NCBI GenBank assembly: GCA_963668675.2
Contig: CAXXMB010000002.1
Location: 3,040,001 to 3,104,000, forward strand
Direction of reading: 5' to 3'
Source: an uncultured Desulfatitalea sp.
Lineage (GTDB): Bacteria; Desulfobacterota; Desulfobacteria; Desulfobacterales; Desulfosarcinaceae
DNA: 64,000 bases
Shown piece by piece: positions 41,246-52,600 of the stretch. The first letter of the stretch is position 1; each line of letters opens with the position of its first letter. Under the pieces are notes generated by a model. It was not told where the DNA came from. It worked only from the letters and a program-made list of their open reading frames with translations, and searched no databases. The position numbers and the translations under genes were made by a program.

Positions 41246-41379
41246 TGAATTTGCGAGACTAGCAGGGGGCGCTATCCTTCATTGATTACAAGAATCCAAA
41301 CGACTTTGAAAAATGAATCAATTTTTCGAAAGGGGCTTAACGGGGTGTGCCTTTTTGTTTGACCACATCACAGGGTGTT

Positions 41380-41560
41380 CAGACCTTTCCCGGCAAAGGT
41401 TCCCACAGACGTGTAACCCTTCAGATGATTGTTCTCAGCACCGTGGCACTTTACGGTTTGCCGTAGTGTTCTCGACGGATAGTTTCATATTTCAGCGAGG
41501 AAGCGGTGCCAATCAGCGATGAGCCGTTTGTCCAGAAGGGGAGAAACGATTGCAGTTGAG
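41380..41560 (-). pseudogene. Possible degraded C-terminal remnant of a REP-associated tyrosine transposase
   Basis: Broken frames give IVSPLLDKRLIADWHRFLAE / ETIRREHYGKP, recalling RAYT tails; GGCGTCCC motifs adjacent. Confidence 0.3.
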
Positions 41561-41682
41561 GCTGAGGTTGAGTTGGTTGAGAATAAAAGCATAAAATCAT
41601 AGGCGTCCCCATGATACTCCCTGGCAAGACTTTTATTGACCAAGTTAGAAAGTTCGGGGCGTCCCATGTTGCTCCCATTTTT

Positions 41683-41913
41683 CTAACTTTTTTTTAGAAT
41701 CCATTTCCACTTCTTTGTTTTAACAAAATAATCAAACAGGAAATAAGTTACAATTATACCAAAAAAAAATACAAATGCACCTGTTGTTAGAAATTCTTTC
41801 CGATTTAAAGCAATAATGAAACCACCAACAAAAGCCCAAAAAAATGAAATTAAAGCGACTACAGCAGTATACTTGACCAAATTAACCCTATTTTTACTAT
41901 CTCCTTTTTTCAT
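41683..41913 (-). CDS. Small two-TM protein, putative orphan immunity protein
   Basis: 76 aa, AT-rich, two hydrophobic helices, directly downstream of a toxin-tip fragment. Confidence 0.6.
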   Translation of the reverse strand: MKKGDSKNRVNLVKYTAVVALISFFWAFVGGFIIALNRKEFLTTGAFVFFFGIIVTYFLFDYFVKTKKWKWILKKS

Positions 41914-41943
41914 GAATCTTCTTTCTTCTAAATCACAAATAAT

Positions 41944-42125
41944 TTATTCACAAGGTTTCGACCCGTTACTCTTATCTTCAGTTTCATCAAATATTATATC
42001 CAGTGCAGTATGGCATGCAAAGCATGAGGTCGTTAATTCTACCCCACCAACTATTATGCCAGCGTAAGGGTTCTTGGTTTCCGCACCTGCCTTCGCGCCA
42101 GTAATCTGTGCGACATCATTAAATA
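41944..42125 (-). pseudogene. Orphan Rhs-type C-terminal tip fragment truncated by IS
   Basis: IFNDVAQITGAKAGA..GIIVGGV..SKPCE*; ends like the upstream toxin (EGPCK*); 5' end abuts the IS TIR. Confidence 0.5.
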
Positions 42126-42503
42126 TGGCCCATTTTTTAAAGATAAATAGGGTAACACTTTCCCAACCCAGGGACGATTCGCAGACCAATCATCCCATCC
42201 CCATACTGAAGAACATCTTTGCTTATCTGGCAGACTCTTTTCATCGCTGATCCGTGGCAGTTCAATTTTGTTGGGTGCGCTGCGCGCCTCTATTGTATTG
42301 GGTTTTCTAAGGCATGGGCAGGAAGGCTTGAATAGACAATTAGTGGGGCGGAGGAAACAGCCGATTTAATCAAGCCGTTTCCTCCCGGGGCATTATTCAA
42401 TGCCACCTGCATCCGGCTATCCCTCGGCAGGTTGCTCCCCAGCAGAGCCTGCCTGCGTTTCACCGGATCGTAAAACCTTAAAAAGATACGGACATCATGT
42501 CAA

Positions 42504-43517
42504 TTACAACAAGACGGAACCGCTTTCCATTTCCGGTTTTTGGATGATAATCAAATTGTGCTGCTCCATCCACTTTCTGGCTGCGATGCGCCAAGCTGCC
42601 GGATCAATGGTTCGTTTTGAGAACTTGGCCGATATATCGGCCGCCAGATCCGTGATCCAGTCCCAGGCCTGGCGACGCTGGGATTTGGTATATCTTACCC
42701 GGTTCGATGCAAAATAGGATCGGCATGCGTTTTTTCCCGACAGGCTTCGACGGGGATGATGATTCAGCGCATGGGCTGCATTTTCGAGCAACAAAAAAAG
42801 CTCGCGATTGGTCTTGGCCAATGACTTTCATTTGCCGATCCAGGATTTTAATTCTCCCTGGCTGTGTTCGATCGCCCCGTTGTAACTGGCGCTGTAGCCG
42901 GGACTATTGAGCGGGATGATCATCAGCTCTTCCAAAATGGCATTTATGGCAAGATGATTCAGATTGCCGGCGTTATCCCTTTTTAAAAACAGGGGCGGGC
43001 CGAACCGGGTTAAATGACGGTCCAGATGTCCGGCGATCTCCTCTCCGCAGGGCATATGCACCGTGTTCAGGGGAGCGAACTTATAATGCGAACACAGATC
43101 CTGCAGGTTCTGGACATAGCAGTCAAGGTACTGCATCCCATCAAGCGCCCAGGCAATATCCGGGCAAAGCCAGCGTACCCGGCAAAGCTCCGCAGCAGAT
43201 GCCCGGTTTTGGGCCGATCGAGCCTGACGAACCATCTCGTTAAACTCCCGACGCGATATCCCATGGCGGTTGGCCTGATACAATCGACCGGTTCCAGTAC
43301 TGCGCTTTTTACCGTGATCCAGATCCTTGATCTGCTGTTCCAACTCTTGAAGATCAATCGGCGCCACCTTTTTTACACCAGGCTTTTTCACCGGGACATC
43401 CCCACATCGGATCCGACGTTTGTAACGTTTGTAGCTTGAAGCGCTCATGCCGGCAACGGCGGCCAGGTAGTCCTGGTCAACACCGTATCGGGATTTTACT
43501 GTTTCGATCCTTTCCAT
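42504..43517 (-). pseudogene. Second DDE integrase-core ORF with one in-frame TGA
   Basis: WALDG..QDLCSHY..FGPPLFLKRDNAG..YNGAIEHSQ; TGA 42830-42828 then same-frame LNHHPRRSL to 42504. Confidence 0.8.
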
Positions 43518-43533
43518 GATCTTTGGGATTTGT

Positions 43534-43878
43534 TCATTTTTTTTTGGTCCGATCCGTTTCGGATCGAAGGTTCAACTCGGCGGCCAGATCCTTCAGGGCC
43601 ATCTTTTGTTCTAGTAACTGATTTTCACGTTTCAAATCGTCAAGTTGTCTCTCCAGGTTCTGCTCTACTGTGGTGTCGGGCTTTTCCGGTCTGCCCGGCA
43701 CCTGGTCGGACAGACCGTCGAGTAGCGCAGCAAGGCCCCGCTGCTCCCACTTATAGTAGGTCTTGCGTGACACCCCCAGTTCGGCGGCCGCTTCACTGGC
43801 GCTCATCAGCCCACAGCGCACCTTCATGATCACCTGGGCCCGGTGTCTGGCCCTGGTCTGTTTCGATTGCCGGCCCAT
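43534..43878 (-). CDS. HTH transposase OrfA-like protein
   Basis: SASEAAAELGVSRKTYYKWE..PGRP, coiled coil; ends in an A9 tract. Confidence 0.8.
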   Translation of the reverse strand: MGRQSKQTRARHRAQVIMKVRCGLMSASEAAAELGVSRKTYYKWEQRGLAALLDGLSDQVPGRPEKPDTTVEQNLERQLDDLKRENQLLEQKMALKDLAAELNLRSETDRTKKK

Positions 43879-45343
43879 TTGAGGCCTCCGCGATTAGTTG
43901 GCTTTTTTCTGGATCCTTTTCAGGCGCTGGTCCAGCTTGACCAGGTTGCCGCTGTCCAGTTTCTTGTCGATCAATTGGAGCAGCCTGGGGTTCAACGGCT
44001 TGGCAGGGTCCTTCTTTCGTTTCGGGGACAAGGCGCTGAGCATCCCCTCCATGGCTTGGTTTTGCCAGCGGTCGAGCAGCGCCCAGCTCACCTGCATCTC
44101 TTTGCAAAGCTGTGACAGCGTCTTTTGTTCGGTCCAGATCGATAAAACGGCGGTGATCTTCTCTTTCGGGTCGAACACCCGGCGCGTTCTGGCTTTCATC
44201 TTCGGCCCCCTTGGTTGTATCGTAGATGAGTTCTTTGTTGTCGTCCACCAGCATTTTGACCTTGCCCTTTTCGGCGCGGATCACAACCGATTGATCGCCC
44301 ATGCGACCGACCATGTAAAACGGATCCCGTGGTTCTCCTCGCAAGGCCAGCTCCAGAGCGTTTTCTTCAACCCCTTTTTCCAGGGTCTTTTTCAAGGCGG
44401 TGGCGATCTCAAAAAACCGATCGGCCGGGCACAACCCCCCGATGCCCTGGTGGGGCCGCTTGTAGTTGTAGTACTTGATCCAAAAGGCAATCCGCGATGC
44501 GGCATCTTCAAAGCTGGTGAACTGGGCCCGTTGTAAAAACTCAGACAGGATCGTTTGCCAGAACCGTTCGATCTTGCCAAGCGTCATCGGATGATGGGGC
44601 CGGGAGCGGATGTGCTTGACTCGATCCTTGGACAGCTCCTTTTCAAAGCGGGTGGTCCCTCTCCAGTTGGTGTATTGACGGCCGTTGTCGGTGAGCATCT
44701 CTTTGGGAACGCCATATTCGCCCACAGCCTTTCTGTAGGTCTCGATCACGTGCTCGGCCGTCTGGCTGCGGTAAAATCCACAACCTGTGATATAGCGGCT
44801 GTAGTCGTCGATGTAGCCGATCAGATAGGCGTTTTTGCCCGCCAGACGGAAGGTTAAGATGTCCGACTGCCACAGCTGGTTCGGCGTGGCGCGTTCAAAA
44901 AATCGCGGCTTGGCCGGGTTCTTTTTGCGTTTCTTTTTTACCGGTTGGGTTAATCCCTGCTCATGCAGGGTGCGCTGGACGGTTGATGGCGAGGCTTTGA
45001 CCAGAAAAAACCGTTTGAGAATGTCCGAGATGCGCCGCGCACCCCGCGCCGGATCTTGCTTTTTAAGATCGATGATCGACTGGGTCACCGCCGCCGGCGT
45101 TTTGGCTACCGATCTTCCGCGCGCCTGGTTGACAAGACCTTGTCGCCCGTAAAGCCGGTAACGCTTGGCCCAGCGAAGGACACTGTCTTGGCTGATGCCA
45201 AACTGCTCGGCGAGCAGCCGGACCGGATACCCTTCCTCTTCGCGAAGCTTGGCAATCTTTAACCTGAACTCAATGGGAAAGGGGGCAACACATTTGCCAG
45301 TACCTTTTCCCTTTTTGCGCGATGGCTTTGCCTTGGTTTTCAT
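43793..45343 (-). CDS. IS481-like transposase (HTH plus rve DDE)
   Basis: PNQLWQSD, IDDYSRYI, LTDNGRQY, GKIERFWQT, YNYKRPHQGI; start after AAAGGAG. Confidence 0.92.
   Translation of the reverse strand: MKTKAKPSRKKGKGTGKCVAPFPIEFRLKIAKLREEEGYPVRLLAEQFGISQDSVLRWAKRYRLYGRQGLVNQARGRSVAKTPAAVTQSIIDLKKQDPARGARRISDILKRFFLVKASPSTVQRTLHEQGLTQPVKKKRKKNPAKPRFFERATPNQLWQSDILTFRLAGKNAYLIGYIDDYSRYITGCGFYRSQTAEHVIETYRKAVGEYGVPKEMLTDNGRQYTNWRGTTRFEKELSKDRVKHIRSRPHHPMTLGKIERFWQTILSEFLQRAQFTSFEDAASRIAFWIKYYNYKRPHQGIGGLCPADRFFEIATALKKTLEKGVEENALELALRGEPRDPFYMVGRMGDQSVVIRAEKGKVKMLVDDNKELIYDTTKGAEDESQNAPGVRPEREDHRRFIDLDRTKDAVTALQRDAGELGAARPLAKPSHGGDAQRLVPETKEGPCQAVEPQAAPIDRQETGQRQPGQAGPAPEKDPEKSQLIAEASNGPAIETDQGQTPGPGDHEGALWADERQ
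43894..44199 (-). CDS. HTH protein overlapping the transposase tail in another frame
   Basis: RRVFDPKEKITAVL..LSQLCKEMQVSWALLDRWQ resembles transposase HTH. Confidence 0.7.
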   Translation of the reverse strand: MKARTRRVFDPKEKITAVLSIWTEQKTLSQLCKEMQVSWALLDRWQNQAMEGMLSALSPKRKKDPAKPLNPRLLQLIDKKLDSGNLVKLDQRLKRIQKKAN

Positions 45344-45420
45344 CGGGTACACTCCTTTCATTTTTCCTTGGTTTCTACTAACCGGAGTGTTACCCTATTT
45401 CCTCGATATCAAGGGGTCAT

Positions 45421-45468
45421 CAATTGGAAATTAGCGCAGAGGCATGGAATGAGTATTTCGGAGCTTAA
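45421..45468 (+). pseudogene. 3' remnant of a DUF4160-like gene cut by the IS
   Basis: QLEISAEAWNEYFGA* overlapping the start of the DUF2442 gene, the usual DUF4160-DUF2442 arrangement. Confidence 0.55.
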
Positions 45469-45724
45469 ACCCGGCGAACGGGTCAAAGATGTGCATTTTA
45501 CAGAGGACAGTTTAAGCGTTGACCTGATGGACGGCCGTACGATCAGCGTACCGCTGGCTTGGTTTCCCCGCCTCTTGCATGCCAATAAAAAGCAGCGCAA
45601 GAACTGGAAGACAAGCGGCGGCGGTTTCGGCATTCATTGGCTGGATATCGATGAAGATTTAAGCACCGAAGGTTTGCTTCGGGGCGCCCCCGCACCACGT
45701 CAAAACATTTCTAATGTAGCTTAA
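45449..45724 (+). CDS. DUF2442-domain protein (putative antitoxin)
   Basis: VHFTEDSLSVDLMDGRTISVPLAWFPRL..GIHWLDIDEDLSTEGLL. Confidence 0.88.
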   Translation: MSISELKPGERVKDVHFTEDSLSVDLMDGRTISVPLAWFPRLLHANKKQRKNWKTSGGGFGIHWLDIDEDLSTEGLLRGAPAPRQNISNVA

Positions 45725-46246
45725 AAAGCGGTGCGTCTGCGTGCTCGGGCTTCAGCCCTTGATGGATCGTCAGGGCTTCCGCAGCCTGCGCTCGCAGCCT
45801 GCGTCTTTATTTGATGCCCACCCGGCCAACCCTTGATGGAATGCCGCCGCCAAAGGCAGTCATCAGCAATAGGGCCTGTCATGCCCCTTGCGTCTGATTA
45901 CATAATCAAACCTAAATTATCAGACAGTGCCTGGGCTATCTGATTTTTTAAAGGTACGGCACCGTCAATGATAATTCTGATTATGTAAACAGGAGCAAGG
46001 CCCACGCCAGGCCCGACGGGATGCCGTGCTTGGCTCGGGCTTTGGTGGGCTGCGGGATGCCGTGCAGGGCGGCGGCGTCTGATTCGATATCTATTCCCGC
46101 CCACCGCCCCAAAGGTATTTTATCTGATTTGATAAAACAAAAACGGCGGTTAAAGAAGAAGTTGATCCCCTCAAACCGCCGTCTATCAATGATTTTAATC
46201 AGCATGAGTCAAGGGCAGATCTGACCCCTTTCCCTTGCTTTTTGTT

Positions 46247-46642
46247 TCACTTTTTTTCCTTCATTTTGTCACGATAAATCAAAACTAACAAAGTGCAAAT
46301 TGAAAGAAAGAAGAAAGAAATAAGAATTATCTTTAATACATTAAAAAACTGCCCCTCTACAGGCACAAGCACAAAAAATACTACTAGTACCAGCATTAAG
46401 AAAATTGCAGCAACATAAAATATCACCACATTGTTTTTATTACAGTATTCTTGATGTTTATGAAACATATCAATCCGTTTGATACGTTTTTCAAACAACA
46501 AGTAAATGCTAATCATGCCAGTGAATAAAGTTAGAAGTCCAATAACCACAATATCGCCAGTAGACTTTGCGCTAAAAAGTCTTAAGCAAAGCAAAATGGT
46601 AATGATTATTGAGCTGAGTAAAGCAACCAATGATTTCGCCAT
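46247..46642 (-). CDS. Four-TM membrane protein, putative cognate immunity protein
   Basis: 131 aa, AT-rich, hydrophobic; ATG overlaps the toxin stop (TAATG). Confidence 0.75.
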   Translation of the reverse strand: MAKSLVALLSSIIITILLCLRLFSAKSTGDIVVIGLLTLFTGMISIYLLFEKRIKRIDMFHKHQEYCNKNNVVIFYVAAIFLMLVLVVFFVLVPVEGQFFNVLKIILISFFFLSICTLLVLIYRDKMKEKK

Positions 46643-49600
46643 TATTTACAAGGGCCCTCATTCCCATATGCCGGGGTTGGGTCAACTATTACACTTCCCG
46701 CTTGACCGAATAGGCCGCCAAAGAACGACGCCAAAGCGCCTCCTTCTGCGCCTATCCCAACATTTAATCCAGCCGCAAAGTCACCAGCAGCAAGGCCTAA
46801 TGGCCCGACAATGCCAGCACCAGCTAATCCTCCCACAACAGCACCCACTGCAGCCCCTGATGCACCACCAACCAACGCAGATTGTGCAATTGCAGACCAG
46901 CTCCCCCCTGTTACTGCTGAACCAATAGCACCTGAGATTGCGCCAGCTATTCCACCAGCAATAGCACCGCCAACTGCACCTCCAACTACCGTGGCAAACT
47001 CTCCATTTGGATCGATGTAATTCACCGGATCATTTTGGACATACCCATACAAATCCGAATCACCACCCAAAAATCCTATAGGATCCTTGGCCGTCCATCG
47101 TCCCGTATCGGGATCAAAATCTCGATATCCAAACCGAACCAACCCAGTATCGGCATCATACAGGCCTCCGGCAAAACCAATAGGCATTATGAACGATTCA
47201 TTCGTATCATCGATAACATTGCCAAACGCATCATACTCAATTATCTTTACACTGTTTCCAGCATCATCAACAACTACTCTCAGAGACCCGACCTGATCGT
47301 AACCCAGAAAATACCTTGCGCCTCCGGATGTCATGGCAACTGGGGTTCGGGCGTCAGCGTATTCGAAGCGATATATGAGGTTGTCAGATCCATCGTACAC
47401 AGCCAGAAGTTTTGTCAGCCCCTCCCAAAGATACTTTTCAACGATAACACCATCAACAAGTTTGGCTATTCTCCTGCCGACAGGATCGTTGATATAAGAA
47501 ATTATACGCCCATCCGGCAGGATGACTTGCATAAGCTCCCCTCGTGTCGAATAGGTATATAGGGTCTCCTGCCCTGCAGAGTTCTTGCTCGTCAGAAAAC
47601 CATCCAAGTCATACGAATAGGTCGTATCACCAGAGGTCAGCAGGTGGTCCTCGTCCGAATAATTGAAGCTTCGACTGGTAATGCCTCTGAGGGTGTTATC
47701 CTCCGATATTCGCGTGCCGGTCACATCGTAATGGTAGTCTTCGACAAGGCTTCCATTTCGCGTCACCGTCCTTAATCGCCCGACGGCATCATATGTATAT
47801 CCAAAATGAGTTCTTACACCACCTACCGTTTCGGTTTTGACTGTAATACGGCCGGTGTTGTCCCTAAAAGCACTCCAGCCAATGGCCAATTGGGAGTTCA
47901 CATCTACATATTGTGATTCTTGCTCGCCGTAACCGTTAAAGCCTCGTTCCATATTCAGGCCCCGACCGGAGACCGATTCGGGTAAACCGTTTTGAGCAGT
48001 CCGTGTAATGGTATACCCGCCTGCCCCGGTAAGCAAGCCGTCCAGATCGTAGCTGTAACTCTCTGTTGTACCAGCGTATGCAAGGGTTTGTTTCTCAAAA
48101 TTGCTGTTATAAGAATAACGATTGCTTTGGTTCAGCACACCGGTGAGGATCACATCGGTCAACAGTTTGCCATCATAGAGATATTCGACAGAGTTTGAAC
48201 CATCGTAGATGGTACTGATCTTATTGGCGCAGCTGTAATCCAAGTCGATATTGCGTTCGGGAGTTTGGATCTGATCAATTCTACCGGACTCATAAACATT
48301 TATGATTTGTCGACCGGAAGGCAATGTTGTTTGTATAAGATTTCGGTCACGGTCATAAAGATAGCTATAGCTCCCACTTGAGGGGGCTTGATAGCCGCTT
48401 TTCAGATTGACGCCATTGTAGCTGAAAATGTGATCCACAATGGCAGGGTTGGTTAAAACCGTCATATTGCCATTGTCGTCATACTCAAACCAAAGGGAGT
48501 TGCCATCAGGGCTGTGGATGGCATTAAGTCGTCCGACCTCGTCAAAATCATAATCAGTGGTGTGCGATTCTGCGTCAGTAACCAAGTCAGGATAACCGTT
48601 TGCATCGTATGCAAAAGAGACACCCCTTGTGCCAATTGCCATTGAGTCCATTCTTCCACGGCTATCGTATCCGTACACCTTGTCATACAAACCCGATGTG
48701 CTTTCACTTAGAATAGATAGGGTGTTGGGATCGTATGAAACCGTTACGGTCCGATCTTCTGGGGTTGTAAATGTTATTTCCGCAGCAAGCGTGTCCTGCA
48801 CCGCTGTAAAAACCCTTCCATTTATGGCTACTGTTTCAGTAATTGAATCTATGACATCGTCACTGTCTGTATCCTCATAATTCTTCTGTCTGACTGTTTC
48901 ACGCGTTAAAAGTGCTGGCGTAATCTCATTCATTTGACGGACAAATTTATCGCCATATTGTGGATCAAAATCGTACTGGAACGCATTTTCCATGCCGCAA
49001 GAGAGGTTTTTGGTAACGCTCATTCCGTCACGCGATTTTTCGAAAAGGGTCTGACCTCCGCTCTGGCCGGTAATCGTGCTCGTATAAACGCCATTATCGT
49101 CGAAGTGGTCCAAATATATGGTAAGGTTGTTTTCTGCCGTCAGCACCTCAGTTTGAATATCGTTATTTTCGAGTATGGTTCGTAAGTATTGCCAGTTACC
49201 GCCTTCGTCGTCGGTCGAGCTTATCAGTCTTCCATTTACGTCATATTGATGTCCAAAACTGTTCCCCACCGGCTCCTCTTTACCGGTAAGCAGCCCACCC
49301 TCTGTATACGCAAAATGATATGTGCTGTTGTTTGGATAGGTGATGCTGTCCAACTGGCCGCTGATTCCCACTGATAGGATCGTGACCAAGCCATCCGGTG
49401 AGATGATGCTCAAAGGCACACCATCGGCATCACGTTGAATTGTGGTTTGGTTACCGAACTGGTCAGTCATTGAGACCAATTTTCTGTCTTCATCGTATCC
49501 GAATGTCAACAAAACTACGCCGGTATTTAGATCAACCGTGGACTGGTGAAGTCCATTGGCAGAAATTACGTATCCGAGACCATTTGACTCGGTAAAAAGA

Positions 49601-52600
49601 ATTTCGCTAACTGAGCTGCCAGCTGATTGCGAAAGTCTTGGATAACCGATTTTTCGAATACGATGTCCGTACCATTCTGCAATGTAAATATTTCCTGTCT
49701 CGTCCAAAGCCACATCAAGCGGTGTGCTCAAGCCCGCATCTGTTGCCGGTCCGCCGTCACCGCTAAAATAATCTCCATTTGGTTGTGGCGCAGGACCGCT
49801 ACCGGCAAGCGTCACCAGCAATCCCGATTTAGTTATTGTTTGTACACGGTGATTCCTTTGGACTGCAAAAATTGGATTATCATCTGCATCGATTGCAATA
49901 CCTGCAGGGTAAGCAAGGGAAGCAAGGCGCGCCGTGCCGTCTTCGCTAAATGCATACTCACCTCTTCCAGCGACCACTGTAAGACGGTTTTGGGTGTCTA
50001 TTTTGCACACATGGTTAGAGCTTCCAATGGAATCCATTGAAACATACAGATTGCTTTGAGAGTCAGCTGCAATTGCACCATAGGTTGTAAGTTTAGGTAC
50101 GACTGTTGTTATAATACCGTTAGAATCAATTTTACGGACACATCCTTGATCATCATATGAGTGGTGTCTTTGGGTAAAGTATATGTTGTCGGCCCGATCT
50201 ATTGTTATTCCTTCCGGCGTCATCAGAGCCGCTTCGGTTGCCGGGCCATTGTCTCCAGTGTTTCCGAGCGAGCCGTTCCCAGCGATTGTGGTTATTATAC
50301 CATTAGTATCAACCTTGCGAATTCTATTGGCCCCCATATCAACAATGTATAGATTGCCAACAGAGTCAAATGCGATAGAATTGGGATTTGTCAATCCGGC
50401 ATAAATAGCCAAGTCGCCATCTCCGAAACCCCCTGAACTATCTCCTCCTGCAATCGTAGAAATAATACCATCTCTATCAACCATGCGGATGCAATTGTTT
50501 CCCCTATCTACAATGAAAATATTCCCAGAAGAATCGACTTCGACCGCAGTTGGATAGTTCAATGAGGCCTCTATTGCCGGCCCGCCATCTCCGCTGTACC
50601 CGACAGTACCGTTGCCAGCAATAGTACTTATAATTCTCTCTCGTTCAATAACAGTGCCATCGCCCTTAAATAGTTTGGATGGGTCTGAAAGATCCATGTA
50701 GTGATGATCTGAAATGCTCCAGCCTTCTGTCAATCCCCCTTGACCCTTTTTGAGATTAATAAGGAAATCATCCCAATAGATCCAATCCTGTCGTGCAAGA
50801 ATTCCCGTGATCGTGTTTCCATTCTGGGCAAAAGCTGCACTGAAATCGCTTGGGCTATAATAATAACCATCATAAACATATCCTAAAGCGACCACTGCAT
50901 CGATGCTTCCATGGACTGGAGTCCCTTGAAAATCTATGCCATCCCACACAAGCTCCGCTTTCTGGTTGGGGAGGGCCGGCAGAACTTGTTCTATTATGCG
51001 GCCAGCCACCTTCAGCTGTACTACGATACCCGTTAAGTTGTCCGGGACGGTGTCGCCGCTGGCGGGTACCGAGACAACCTGCTTGTAACCATGCTCTCTG
51101 CTACTGCTGTAGTGAAGTTTGAAACCGGTACCGGGAATTGGTATATCTTCATGGTGAACTCGTTTGCGTACTTCAGCATGCGACCCTGTAAAAATAACGC
51201 AATCTTCAAAGCTTGTGGTTATGGAATCGACTGATGAATCATTGGCGGTGGTAGGTGCTTCTGCCCCTGGTGGGGGGCCTACTGGCCAGTTGATATCCCA
51301 TGATGAAAAGTGACTTATTTCTACTCTCCAATATGTTGAGCCCGGCGTATAAACCGCCGGATCATAGAGCCCTTGGACTTCATCGGCAAAATCCCCATCG
51401 GCGTTCAGATCATTGGGTTGGCCATCGCCGCTCGCATCCAGTGCATCGACAACACCGTCACTATCAACGTCTAATAGTTGGACGACCGAACCATTTTTTT
51501 CTGGTAACCATTGCCCCTTGTCCTTGTCGAAATATCCTACCGGGGCTGCAGTGCCGACATCGAATCCGATAAAATTTTCCACCCAAACGACAACCGGGTT
51601 CTCAAATTGCACTCGTTCGGCCCCATCCACAGATAAATCAGCACAAAAGGTAAAACCGGAGTTTAGAGGAAGAGGTGCTGGCATTGATGCTTCTGTTGGG
51701 TATTCCGTAGCCCGAGTTATAATAGTATCTAACTCTTGAACTGCGTTGCCGTTTTCATCGGCAAGGTAGGCCTGGTTGTCCCCTGAGAATACAACTGTTG
51801 TGGACCGGGTCCCAAAATCATCAGTAACAGCACTGCTGCGATGGATAATCACAGTTGATGGATCGTTGTCGAAAGTAACGGTGGTGCTGGCAGGATCCTC
51901 AGCTATCATAGTAACGGTATCGGCCACCACGGTATTGTTCCATGGTACCTTGACTTTTCGGTGAGAAGAGATCAGACCCTGCTTCTGATATACGGCAGTC
52001 ATCATCGAACCACCTTCAACCGGAAGCGTAAATTGTCCCTGGGCATCGGTCATTGCGGTTCCATACTCGGGATGCCCGTGAATCGATATAAGGATGTCCT
52101 CGATTGGTTGTGAATCAACATCAACTACGGCACCTCTTATTAAGGCAAAGCGGTGCTCGTCATACCGTTCAACCGTTGCATCTTGGGGTATCTCATCATT
52201 GTAGGTTTCCCCGAATGTGCCCTCGGGTTGGGGCTCTGTGTATGCTGTGACGTGTACCTCAGCCTTTGCACTGGCCGCTCCGAACGGGCCGCTGATAGTA
52301 AGTGTATATATCGTGGTATGCTCTGGTGACACGGTAACGCTCCCAGAGGTCGGCACAGATCCGATCCCATTGTCTATGTGTGCGTTTTCAGCGCCTGTAG
52401 ATGACCATGAAAGTGTAGCGGACTCCCCTTGAACGATGGTAATTGTTGATGGCGACAAAGAGACTTCAGCGTTCGCCGGCCCCAGTGAAACAGTGATATC
52501 AACAGGGGTATACATCTCTACCGAACTACCGGATGATGGACTTTGGCTGATAACTGTATTGGCGGGAATCGTATCGCTGTATTCCGTTTCAACGACACCT

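Larger units (their letters stand above)
42126..45419 (-). mobile_element. Multi-ORF IS (IS481/IS3-like) with 34-bp imperfect TIRs
   Basis: TGGCCC..AAATAGGGTAACACT (42126-42159) and AGTGTTACCCTATTT..GGGGTCA (45386-45419); TG..CA ends; no TSD seen. Confidence 0.85.

Noticed and set aside
41340..41480. Possible 6S RNA or c-di-GMP riboswitch (GGCAAACC, GAAGGGTTACA)
   Set aside because: Only short word matches; the remaining conserved elements are missing
42828..42830. In-frame TGA in the second integrase as selenocysteine
   Set aside because: Not a redox/Cys context; a TGG-to-TGA nonsense change is simpler
45730..46230. Hairpins and a CGGGATGCCGTGC direct repeat as attC sites or CRISPR
   Set aside because: Only two repeat copies; no integron integrase or cas genes; no clear attC boxes
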